Source: an uncultured Faecalibacterium sp.
GTDB lineage: Bacteria; Bacillota; Clostridia; Oscillospirales; Ruminococcaceae
Direction: 5' to 3'
Assembly (NCBI GenBank): GCA_934525845.1
Contig: CAKSZS010000002.1
Location: 29,265-93,264 of the forward strand
DNA: 64,000 nt
Shown: positions 26,659-34,452 of the stretch, piece after piece
How positions within the stretch are numbered: the stretch's first letter is position 1
Layout of the letters: every line of letters begins with the position of its first letter
Notes under the pieces: model-generated
The model's database searches: none
Seen by the model: the letters and a program-made list of their open reading frames with translations, nothing else
What the model was told of the DNA's origin: nothing
Position numbers and translations under genes: made by a program

Positions 26659-27150
26659 TTAGCCCTCCTGTTCGGCGGTGTTCGCTGCTACCAGCTCGAT
26701 AGCGGCGAACACGGGTTTGAGTGCGGACAGCGTCTGATACTTCTGCTGGAAGACCAGCGCTTCTTTCAGTGCCTCTGCCAGCATCTGACTGCGCAGCGGG
26801 GGAGTCTCCAGAACGACGGGAAGAGGCAGGTACTGCCTGCCCGCTCCCTTCTGGGGTTCCTCTGCCGCCTGAACATTGACGAATGCCCGCACCGGCTGTT
26901 TGGTCTCCTCCTGCACGATGCAAACCGCCGCGATCATCTGGCGGGCCTGGTGTCGCCGGTACTTTTCGGCTGCTTCTGCGTCGTCCCACTCAAAGTCAGG
27001 ATGGAGGACGGAATCCTCTGGCCGTGCTTCGTCCACGACTGCAGCGGGGGTCAGTTTGCCGTCGCGCTGGCGGATGGCTTCAAACGTGCTGTGGGCCTGT
27101 TCCGCTGACACGTGGTAAAATGACGCGTTCTTGTTCCATTGGAAGGTCAT
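26659..27150 (-). CDS. hypothetical phage protein (163 aa)
   Basis: ORF in the early operon. No domain recognised. Confidence 0.35.
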   Translation of the reverse strand: MTFQWNKNASFYHVSAEQAHSTFEAIRQRDGKLTPAAVVDEARPEDSVLHPDFEWDDAEAAEKYRRHQARQMIAAVCIVQEETKQPVRAFVNVQAAEEPQKGAGRQYLPLPVVLETPPLRSQMLAEALKEALVFQQKYQTLSALKPVFAAIELVAANTAEQEG

Positions 27151-27629
27151 AGGTTATCGCTCCTTTTTATAAAAAGTTCCGTGCCTCACCATGCCTGCCA
27201 TGTCCTACCGTACCTTGCCGTGCCATACACCGCCTCGCCTAGCCACACCTGCCTAACCCCGCCTATCCGCACCAAGGCACACCTAAAATCCGCTCCTTAC
27301 CACAACCGGTCGCACCTGACCGCACCTGATCTCGCCTTGCCAGCCATACCAAACCGGGACTGGCCTTGCCTGACCTTGCCAGCCAAACCATACCGGGTCA
27401 TAACTAACCCCGGCTCGCCGTGCCTTGGCTCACCTCACCAGCCATTCCGAAACCCACCCCGCCGGAGCATATTTTGCCTCGCCATACGTCACCCCAGCTT
27501 GCCTCGCCTAACCAGCCATTCCGAAACGCACCGTTCCCAAACGCACCGAGCCCCACCAAACCTAACCAGCCCTACCATGCCTCGTCTCACCACAGCCGAC
27601 CTGACCTTACCGTGCCTGGCCTGCCGCGC
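27151..27629. other. ~480-bp non-coding, strongly strand-asymmetric (G-poor plus strand) region with two pairs of direct repeats; candidate replication origin
   Basis: AACCAGCCATTCCGAAAC(C/G)CACC occurs at 27435 and 27511. GCCTTGCCAGCCA(T/A)ACCA(A/T)ACCGGG occurs at 27335 and 27373. Stop codons are present in all minus-strand frames. Confidence 0.5.
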
Positions 27630-28325
27630 TTACTCAGTCAGCCCGACGTGGAAGGCGCCATGGCTGCCGCCTTTCTCGATGCGCCACTCTCCCAGGCCGC
27701 ACTGATCGCCACCCAAGGCAATCAAATTGACGACGGTGTCCAGGTCGCAAAGGTTTGCGTTGTAGGTGACCTGCAGGTCTGCATACCAGTTCTCAAACTC
27801 CGGGCGGTATCTCAAATCTGCCGTGCCGAGCCCGATCCGGACGTTATCTTCGCGCGGGTTGAACTTCGGTGTGCCCTCCGGCAGAAAGCTCTTGATCTCG
27901 ACCAGCTCGCTGCCGCCCTCACCGTAGATCTGGAACACCGAGCGGGCGCTGACTTTGTCCTTGGTCGCGCCGGAGCGATATGCTGCGCTGACCGCTGCTG
28001 CCTTGATGGCGCAGGAGGGGAAACCGAAGCGGGCGGTCGCTGCGTACTGGGCCAGATTCTCTTCATTCCAGTCCTCGTAGGCAATCGCCGGCTTGCCATC
28101 CATCCAGTAGAGGGCCTCGGCAACTTCGCCGTAGGGGTTCTTTGCGCGGCGGCCCTCCACCTTGACCTTCTTCACACCCTGCTGGGCCTGCAGCATCTCC
28201 TTGCGGGCCTTCTCGCTCCATGCGTGGACGATCAGACTGCTGTCGCCCACAATGCGGATTTTCGCGGTGCGCTTCTCCACGGGCTTGATGGAAATAATCA
28301 CGGTGTCGTTCTTTTTGCTAGTCAT
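27630..28325 (-). CDS. hypothetical phage protein (231 aa)
   Basis: The start was refined to ATG at 28325 (AAGGAG RBS). Confidence 0.4.
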   Translation of the reverse strand: MTSKKNDTVIISIKPVEKRTAKIRIVGDSSLIVHAWSEKARKEMLQAQQGVKKVKVEGRRAKNPYGEVAEALYWMDGKPAIAYEDWNEENLAQYAATARFGFPSCAIKAAAVSAAYRSGATKDKVSARSVFQIYGEGGSELVEIKSFLPEGTPKFNPREDNVRIGLGTADLRYRPEFENWYADLQVTYNANLCDLDTVVNLIALGGDQCGLGEWRIEKGGSHGAFHVGLTE

Positions 28326-28338
28326 AGTTCTTACTCCT

Positions 28339-28527
28339 TTACTCGATGTCCTCTGCTTTGACATCCTCGATCACAAAATCGTATTTCCGGTTCTTCCAGG
28401 TCCGGCTCCGGGAGACGGTGCAGTAAAAGCTGTTCATGGTCATTCCCAGAGCCGCCGCCACCTGCTTCCCGGTGCCGCAGGCGAGGACCTCCTCCGTCTT
28501 GTGGAGGTAGGCGGTGTACCACTTCAT
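28339..28527 (-). CDS. small HTH-like protein (62 aa), translationally coupled downstream of the MazF-like gene
   Basis: Its ATG overlaps the MazF-like stop as ATGA. HTH-like stretch GKQVAAALGMTMNSFYCTVSR. Confidence 0.4.
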   Translation of the reverse strand: MKWYTAYLHKTEEVLACGTGKQVAAALGMTMNSFYCTVSRSRTWKNRKYDFVIEDVKAEDIE

Positions 28528-28883
28528 AGCCCCAGCGCCCGGCGAAGGGCGGCGGCCACCCGTGCCATGTCGGCGTCGGTCAGGTGGTACAGGTATTCGG
28601 TCAGGTCCGCGGCGTCCACCGCGTGCAGCTGGCGGGTCAATGCAGCGCTGTCCTCGGCGGGATAGCCGGTCAGCAGAACATTGTCGTAGGTACCGTCGCC
28701 GCGGGCCAGCTGGGCCGGGCTTGCGCTGAACGGGATCACCAGCACCGTGCTGTTGGTCTGGTTGGCTTCGTCGCGGCTGACGACCAGCGCCGGACGGTCG
28801 CCCCGTGTCAGGCGGGTATCGGTGGGTTTGCGGTGGCTGTCGCTCAGCCACCAAACGTCGCCGCGCCGTTTGTCGGTAAACAT
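28524..28883 (-). CDS. MazF/PemK-family toxin-like protein
   Basis: RGDVWWL ... RPALVVS ... TVLVIPFS matches the PemK/MazF pattern RGDIWLV ... RPALVVS ... TVIVVPLTS. GAGGAGGAA RBS. Confidence 0.5.
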   Translation of the reverse strand: MFTDKRRGDVWWLSDSHRKPTDTRLTRGDRPALVVSRDEANQTNSTVLVIPFSASPAQLARGDGTYDNVLLTGYPAEDSAALTRQLHAVDAADLTEYLYHLTDADMARVAAALRRALGL

Positions 28884-28897
28884 GGCGGTTCCTCCTC

Positions 28898-29221
28898 TCA
28901 GGCGTCTCTGCGGCTGCTGTGCTCGGGCAGGGCCGGGTACTCCGGGCTACGGGCGTGGGTGCGGTGGACCTTCCGGGCGGCACGCTTGTACTGCTGGTTC
29001 TCCTCGTGCAGGCCCCACAGCGATGCGCCGATGCCCAGCAGGGTGCACAGCCCGGCGCAAAGGTACAGCGGGGCGCGTGCCGCCGCCGCGCCGTAGCCGT
29101 AACCGCCGAAGTGCATCAGCAGCAGGGTGATGCCGGCTTCGGCCAGCTGCAGGGCTTTGAAGGCCAGCAGGACGCCGCAGGCAGCGAATCCGGCCAGAGT
29201 GAGTGGGTGTAGCTTTTTCAT
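28898..29221 (-). CDS. small membrane protein (2 predicted TM helices)
   Basis: Start ATG at 29221 (GGAGGAGG RBS). The sequence is hydrophobic (LTLAGFAACGVLLAF ... LYLCAGLCTLLGIGASLWGL). Confidence 0.45.
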   Translation of the reverse strand: MKKLHPLTLAGFAACGVLLAFKALQLAEAGITLLLMHFGGYGYGAAAARAPLYLCAGLCTLLGIGASLWGLHEENQQYKRAARKVHRTHARSPEYPALPEHSSRRDA

Positions 29222-29237
29222 TTGTGGTTCCTCCTCC

Positions 29238-29447
29238 TCAGTAGCATTTGAATTCCTGATCCAGCAGGGTGTCCAGCCGGATCGTCTTGCCCCGGCCCCG
29301 GCCGCTCCACCCATCCGGGTACTGCTGGGTGACCCGCTTCGGGCTGGTGCCCATCTGGGCAGCGGCCTGCGCGACGGTCAGCCGGATGCAGCCGGTGGCG
29401 GAGTAGATGGCGCGGTATGCGTCGTGCCAGGCTTCCGGGCGTTTCAT
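29238..29447 (-). CDS. small HTH DNA-binding protein (AlpA/excisionase-like?)
   Basis: 69-aa ORF with the HTH-like stretch LTVAQAAAQMGTSPKRVTQ. Confidence 0.4.
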   Translation of the reverse strand: MKRPEAWHDAYRAIYSATGCIRLTVAQAAAQMGTSPKRVTQQYPDGWSGRGRGKTIRLDTLLDQEFKCY

Positions 29448-29453
29448 GGGTGG

Positions 29454-30224
29454 TTACTCCTTCTTCGGGCCGATCAGCATCAGGCGGAAGGCTTCGCGGC
29501 CCTTGGGCGTGACCATCGTCTGGGTGCCGGTGATGCGCCTGCCGTTCTTGTCGTACTCCCGGAGCTGGAACAGCCCGTCGTTCATTGCCGGGTCCGGCAC
29601 CAGCTTGCCGCAGGGGTCGCGGTACAGGTACTTGCGCTCGATCAGCCAGCGGGTGAAGGTCTGGCGCGGGATGCGCAGCTCGTCGGCGGTCTCCTGCAGG
29701 CCGGTCAGCTGGTTCGCGGCCACCTGCCGGTCGAAGTAGTCCGCTTTCGGCTGCATGGCCTGGTTGGCGGCGCTCAGCTTCGCGTTCTCTGCGGTGAGTT
29801 GGGCGTTCTTCTCGCGTTCGGCCTTGATCTGCTGGCACAGCTGGATCACCGTGTCCGGGTTCAGGATCGCTTCCCGCAGCGCTGCGGGGGTCATGTAGTG
29901 GCCGCTCTTGCGGATGCTGGGCAGGACTTCGGAGGTGACCCAGTCGGTGAACTTCTCGGCGGAGGGGAGCTTCGAGCTGAACACCAGCCGGTACAGGTCG
30001 GACTCCGGAATGAAGCTCATCTCGATGGTCTTGTCCGTGGCCTGTGGGTGAGGTACGTTCCGTTTCAGAACGTACCGGCAGTGGTCGGTGACGGCCTTAC
30101 GCGGAATCGCGTAGCCGAGTGCTTGGGCCACATCGGTGGCGGCGAACAACACCGCCCCGTTGTTATCCTCCAGCGTCCGGACGGTGCCGAACTCGGAGCT
30201 GCTGAAAATCTGAAGATCTGTCAT
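29454..30224 (-). CDS. phage antirepressor (N-terminal Bro-N, C-terminal KilAC/ANT-like)
   Basis: Start ATG at 30224 (GGAGGATG RBS). N-terminus FGTVRTLEDNNGAVLFAATDVAQALGY. Confidence 0.65.
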   Translation of the reverse strand: MTDLQIFSSSEFGTVRTLEDNNGAVLFAATDVAQALGYAIPRKAVTDHCRYVLKRNVPHPQATDKTIEMSFIPESDLYRLVFSSKLPSAEKFTDWVTSEVLPSIRKSGHYMTPAALREAILNPDTVIQLCQQIKAEREKNAQLTAENAKLSAANQAMQPKADYFDRQVAANQLTGLQETADELRIPRQTFTRWLIERKYLYRDPCGKLVPDPAMNDGLFQLREYDKNGRRITGTQTMVTPKGREAFRLMLIGPKKE

Positions 30225-30250
30225 TGGTAACATCCTCCAATGTTGTTAAA

Positions 30251-30472
30251 TCACAACTTTTTAGGCAAAAAGAAATAGTTTCCGATCTCTGCAGACGGAA
30301 TATCCAACAGGGTGCAGATGCGGTCGATCTCGTCCTGGCGGAATGCAAAATTCCCGGCCAGCTTCTGGCAAAACTGCCCCTCGCTGATTCCAGCTTTTTC
30401 CGCCAGCTCCTTCTGCGTCATGCCGCAGCTCCGAATGCGTCCGCGCAGCAGGGTATAATCCATTGCGGGCAT
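30251..30472 (-). CDS. Cro-like XRE-family HTH regulator
   Basis: Divergent from the CI-like repressor. HTH region GMTQKELAEKAGISEGQFCQKLAG. Start ATG at 30472 (AGGAGG RBS). Confidence 0.55.
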   Translation of the reverse strand: MPAMDYTLLRGRIRSCGMTQKELAEKAGISEGQFCQKLAGNFAFRQDEIDRICTLLDIPSAEIGNYFFLPKKL

Positions 30473-30648
30473 GGTTCTCACCTCCTGTCTGTATGTTGTG
30501 GTTTCGCAACCATGGCCACAGTATACTGCTGCTCTTGCGGAATGTCAACACAAAAATAGAGATTTCACAATTTTCTTTTCGGCGGGTATTGATTTTTCGC
30601 AACCGGTATATTATACTTACACCAGAACGTGAAGAAAGGAGCTATCCT

Positions 30649-31326
30649 ATGGCAAAAAAGACAGCAACCTTCGCACAGCGCCTGCGTGCCGGGCTGAACC
30701 TGCGTAACATGAAACAGATCGAGCTGGCCGAGCGCTCCGGCATTTCCAAGTACAGCATTTCGCATTACCTGAAGGGTGACTGGGAGGGAAAGCAGGACGC
30801 TGTCTACGAATTGGCGCAGGCGCTGGGGGTTTCGGAAGCCTGGCTGATGGGCTACGACGTTCCGCCTGAAAAAGAAGCAACCGGGGGGACCCACCGAAAA
30901 CTGAACCTGCAGCTGTTCGGCGCTACACCGTGCGACCCCGCGCAGGTGGCGCCGCTTCTGGGCACCGTCCGGGCGGGCCTGCCGATGTACGCAGAAGAGA
31001 ACATCGAGGCCTATTTTCCGATCCGGCAGACCGATGGGGCCAAGTACTTCTGGCTGACCATCCGGGGCGACAGCATGAACGCTGCCGGAATGGATGAGGG
31101 CGACCAGATCCTTGTGCGGGAGCAGCCCGAAGTGGAGAACGGCGAGATCGCAGTGGTTCTGGTGAACGGCGACGAAGCCACCGTGAAGACCTTCCGGCAG
31201 GAGGGGCCGCTGGTCATCCTGACGCCCCGCAGCACCAACCCGGTGCACCAGCCGCAGATCTACGACCTGAAGACCACGCCCGTCCGGGTGCTGGGGAAGG
31301 TCATCGAGTGCCGGAAGGTGTTCTGA
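30649..31326 (+). CDS. CI/LexA-like phage repressor (XRE HTH + S24 peptidase)
   Basis: N-terminal HTH region (MKQIELAERSGISKYSISHYL) and C-terminal S24 autopeptidase (GDSM ... Ser/Lys dyad region). Start at 30649 (AAGGAG RBS). Confidence 0.8.
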   Translation: MAKKTATFAQRLRAGLNLRNMKQIELAERSGISKYSISHYLKGDWEGKQDAVYELAQALGVSEAWLMGYDVPPEKEATGGTHRKLNLQLFGATPCDPAQVAPLLGTVRAGLPMYAEENIEAYFPIRQTDGAKYFWLTIRGDSMNAAGMDEGDQILVREQPEVENGEIAVVLVNGDEATVKTFRQEGPLVILTPRSTNPVHQPQIYDLKTTPVRVLGKVIECRKVF

Positions 31327-31354
31327 CTACCAGCATACGTTGACTACCGAAATT

Positions 31355-31573
31355 CCCATAAAACCCTACGCGGGCGGGCATCAAGCGCGTTCTCGCGCGT
31401 GTATACTCTTATTTTCTTCTGATAAGGGTCAGGATAAGAGTTTGAGTATGTTGAGTATGTTTCGCCCCGAAAACCCGCATGAACACTCACTTTTTCGTGA
31501 CTACAAACTCTGTAACAATTACGTCCTAGATTTTTGTTGGTTACAACTGGAATTTTGTTGTTTCTGTATGCAG
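31355..31573. repeat. low-GC conserved non-coding element, copy R3
   Basis: Near-identical direct repeat of 4314-4532, located between the repressor and integrase genes. Confidence 0.8.
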
Positions 31574-31761
31574 ACGTTGCGCAGGTTTGCATACGCTATC
31601 TGAACCTGAAAATGCAAAAACGCCCCCGGTGCTACCAACACCGAGAGCGTTTGGAATAGATCGGCTTGCTCACGGGGTGAGACAATACCAGACCAGACAC
31701 CTGTATTGTAGCACCTCCGGGCAGGCTTGTCAAAGTGTACCCTTATGGAGGTGTTATTTTT

Positions 31762-32925
31762 ATGGCTGAATCAAAAAAGAAACCGGCAAAGCGTCCGGAC
31801 GGCGGGGTCTGCATCCACCGGTCGGTGGGTCTGCCGAAGTCGCGGGTGTTCTACGGCAAGACCCGGGCGGAAGCGGAGCGCAAATACCAGGACGCGGTGC
31901 TGGCCTACAAGCTGGAGCGCATGGATCCGAAGGAGAAGCGCTACACCTTTCAGGCGGTGTCCGTGGCGTATGAAGAGTATATCACCGGGCCGCAGCACCC
32001 GGTGCGGCGTGGTACGGTGAACGCCTACAAGAAGCACTTCGCCCCTGCCAGAGCCTATTTCGGCGACACCGTGATGAACGACATCGACGCCCAGGCGGTG
32101 GGCGGATATCTGGAGCATCTGAAGCTGGAGGGCAAGAGCAAGCACTCCATCAAGAACGCGAAAAGCGTGCTGTCCTGCACCTTCACCTACTGGTGCGCCA
32201 ACTATCACGGCACTGGCAACCCCGTGCTGCTGGCAAAGCTGCCTGCGGGGCTGAAGGACGGCAGCAGGGAAGAACCCACCGAGCAGCAGCGGGACCTCAT
32301 CAATGCACACCCCGAGGGCTGCGGCTTCTGGGCCTGGCTGTTTGAGTACACCGGGATGCGTCTGGGCGAAGCCAACGGCCTGCAATGGAAGGACGTGGAT
32401 CTGGATGCCGGGACGATCACGCTGGTGCAGGCCATGCCCTGGGACCGCAACCAGCCCTACCGGGAGCTGCTGAAGACCGAGAAAGCATACCGTACCATTC
32501 CCATCCTGACGCCGCTGCGGCCCCTGCTGGAGGCCGGGAAAGCTGCCCATGCGCCGGAGGACTATGTCCTGTCGGGGGAGGGCAAGCCCCTGACCGAGAG
32601 CAAGTACGAGCACCGCTGGATGCTCTACTGCCGGGGGCTGGGATTGTGCGAGAGCTACACCCGGCAGGTGAAGCTCCCAGCGTTCCAGAACCGCCCCGAG
32701 CGAATCGTGGAACGGACCGTGTACCGCCCGCTGGTCACGGCCCACCAGTTCCGGCATCTGTTTGCCACGAACCTGTTTTACGCGGGTGTGCCGGATATGG
32801 TCGCGCAAAATCTGCTGGGCCATGCGGACATCATGACCACTCGCCGGGTCTACCAGCACCTGCGGGAGAAGGAGAGCGCCCGTTACACGGCGCAGCTGGA
32901 CGCCTATGTGAGCGGGAAGCGGTAA
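31762..32925 (+). CDS. int: tyrosine recombinase / phage integrase
   Basis: C-terminal motifs HQFRHLFAT ... LGHADIMTTRRVYQH (R-H-R-Y). Adjacent to the tRNA-Leu gene. Start ATG at 31762 (GGAGGTG RBS). Confidence 0.8.
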   Translation: MAESKKKPAKRPDGGVCIHRSVGLPKSRVFYGKTRAEAERKYQDAVLAYKLERMDPKEKRYTFQAVSVAYEEYITGPQHPVRRGTVNAYKKHFAPARAYFGDTVMNDIDAQAVGGYLEHLKLEGKSKHSIKNAKSVLSCTFTYWCANYHGTGNPVLLAKLPAGLKDGSREEPTEQQRDLINAHPEGCGFWAWLFEYTGMRLGEANGLQWKDVDLDAGTITLVQAMPWDRNQPYRELLKTEKAYRTIPILTPLRPLLEAGKAAHAPEDYVLSGEGKPLTESKYEHRWMLYCRGLGLCESYTRQVKLPAFQNRPERIVERTVYRPLVTAHQFRHLFATNLFYAGVPDMVAQNLLGHADIMTTRRVYQHLREKESARYTAQLDAYVSGKR

Positions 32926-33070
32926 AATTCATACAATGCGAGCCGGGAAGTGCGGTGAAAATCGGCTTCCTGGCCCGTGGTTTCTCACTACAATTTCACT
33001 ACAATGCCCCCGCAAAAGCAGGCAGTATTGGGCAGTATCCGGCAGTATCTGACCCCTGCGAAAAACGAAA

Positions 33071-33112
33071 AACCCGCGAAGCTACGAATTTTTAGCGTAA
33101 CTTCGCGGGTTT
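33071..33112. terminator. bidirectional terminator hairpin AACCCGCGAAG...CTTCGCGGGTT
   Basis: Perfect 11-bp stem with A/T runs on both sides, downstream of the tRNA (minus) and the integrase (plus). Confidence 0.6.
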
Positions 33113-33119
33113 TCTTTTA

Positions 33120-33200
33120 TGCGAGGGAGGGGACTCGAACCCCCAAGGATAAACCACACGCACCTCAAACGTGCGCGTCTGCCAGTTCCGCCACCCTCGC
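33120..33200 (-). tRNA. tRNA-Leu (anticodon GAG), class II with long variable arm
   Basis: Manual fold: 7-bp acceptor stem GCGAGGG/CCCTCGC, anticodon loop TTGAGGT, T-loop GTTCGAGT, discriminator A. CCA is not encoded. Confidence 0.65.
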
Positions 33201-33380
33201 ATATTCGGTTGTGTGCAACCCTCACGGCCCTTGAGGTGAGAAGGCCGCTGTCTTGCGGACTGCTTGAATATATTACCACATTTCCCCGGGAACGTCAAGC
33301 TTCTTTCATGGATTTTTTTCGCATGGCATATGGTATGGAAGCACCGGTGTGCTCAAATCCGCGTAAGGAGGATGATTTTT

Positions 33381-34223
33381 ATGGGATCTGCTGTTCTGCG
33401 TTTTTCCCGCCGGACGGTTCTGCGGGGACTGCTGGCGCTGGCGGGAGCCACCGCATTCGGGGTCGGGCTTTTCCTGCCGGTGCCGGCGGAGACCGTCTGC
33501 ACCCAGCAGGATCTGACCCGGGAGCCGGACGCTGCCGTCTTTTCGCCGGCGGTGCAAACGGTGGAAGCGCCCCCGCAGGAAACCGCTGTTCTGCCGGAAA
33601 AGTGGGTCTGCCTGACCTTCGATGACGGCCCCAGCAAGACTACGCCGGAGGTCCTGCGCGTCCTGAACGCTGCGGGGGTGCACGCGACCTTCTTCGTGGT
33701 GGCCACCGACTACAACGAAACGTATCTGCCCCTGCTCACCGAGGCCGCTGCCGCCGGGCACCAGATCGCGCTGCACTCGGCGTCCCACGAGTACCGCGAC
33801 ATCTACCGCAGCAGCGAAGCCTACTGGAAGGACATCGCCCTGCTCAAGGAGCGCATCGCGCCCTATGTGGACGCGGAGAGCATCCGGTATCTGCGGTTTC
33901 CGGGCGGCAGCACCAACACGGTCAGCCGCCGCTACGGCGGCAAGGGCCTGATGCAGCAGCTCAAGACCGAGGCAGAGGAAAACGGCTATCGCTGGGTGGA
34001 CTGGAACGTCTGCGCCGAGGATGCCGTAGGCGGCAAGCCCAGCGCCGACACCATTTACCGCAACGTGGTGCGGGAGACCGGGGAACAGACCCACTGCGTT
34101 GTGCTGATGCACGATTCCTCCACCACCCGCACCACCGCCGAGGCCCTGCCGGACATCGTGCAGTGGTATGCCGACAACGGCTACACCTTCCTCACGGTGG
34201 CCCAGGCGCTGCCGCTGGGGTAA
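33381..34223 (+). CDS. polysaccharide deacetylase (NodB-homology) family protein with N-terminal signal/TM
   Basis: LTFDDGP and HATFFV motifs. N-terminal hydrophobic segment LLALAGATAFGVGLF. Confidence 0.7.
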   Translation: MGSAVLRFSRRTVLRGLLALAGATAFGVGLFLPVPAETVCTQQDLTREPDAAVFSPAVQTVEAPPQETAVLPEKWVCLTFDDGPSKTTPEVLRVLNAAGVHATFFVVATDYNETYLPLLTEAAAAGHQIALHSASHEYRDIYRSSEAYWKDIALLKERIAPYVDAESIRYLRFPGGSTNTVSRRYGGKGLMQQLKTEAEENGYRWVDWNVCAEDAVGGKPSADTIYRNVVRETGEQTHCVVLMHDSSTTRTTAEALPDIVQWYADNGYTFLTVAQALPLG

Positions 34224-34452
34224 CGGCGGTTTACGCTCCGTTCACAATTCATTTGAAAAAAGTGCTTTTTCTTTGCGGGGTTTCATGCTATAATAGAACA
34301 CAGACCCGGCTTTGGGGCCGGAAGGCACCGCGCTCTGGCAAACTGCAGCGCAGTGCCGCATTGAACGGGGCAGGGCAGCGGTGTACTGCTCTGCCGGGGC
34401 AATGCCCGCAAGGTATGGCGGGCGGGAAAATCAAAAAGAGAGGCGAATCGAG

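Noticed and set aside
27151-27629. Possible CRISPR array or proline-rich plus-strand ORFs (27139-27705, 27420-28361) in the AC-rich region
   Set aside because: There are no regularly spaced identical repeats, only two loose direct-repeat pairs. The plus-strand ORFs are low-complexity P/L/S-rich artefacts of the base composition and lie antisense to the phage operon.
33201-33380. A possible second att site or a small gene between tRNA-Leu and the deacetylase gene
   Set aside because: The only ORFs are short and lack RBS. No repeat of the tRNA 3' end is visible. The region is more likely the promoter/leader of the tRNA and deacetylase genes.
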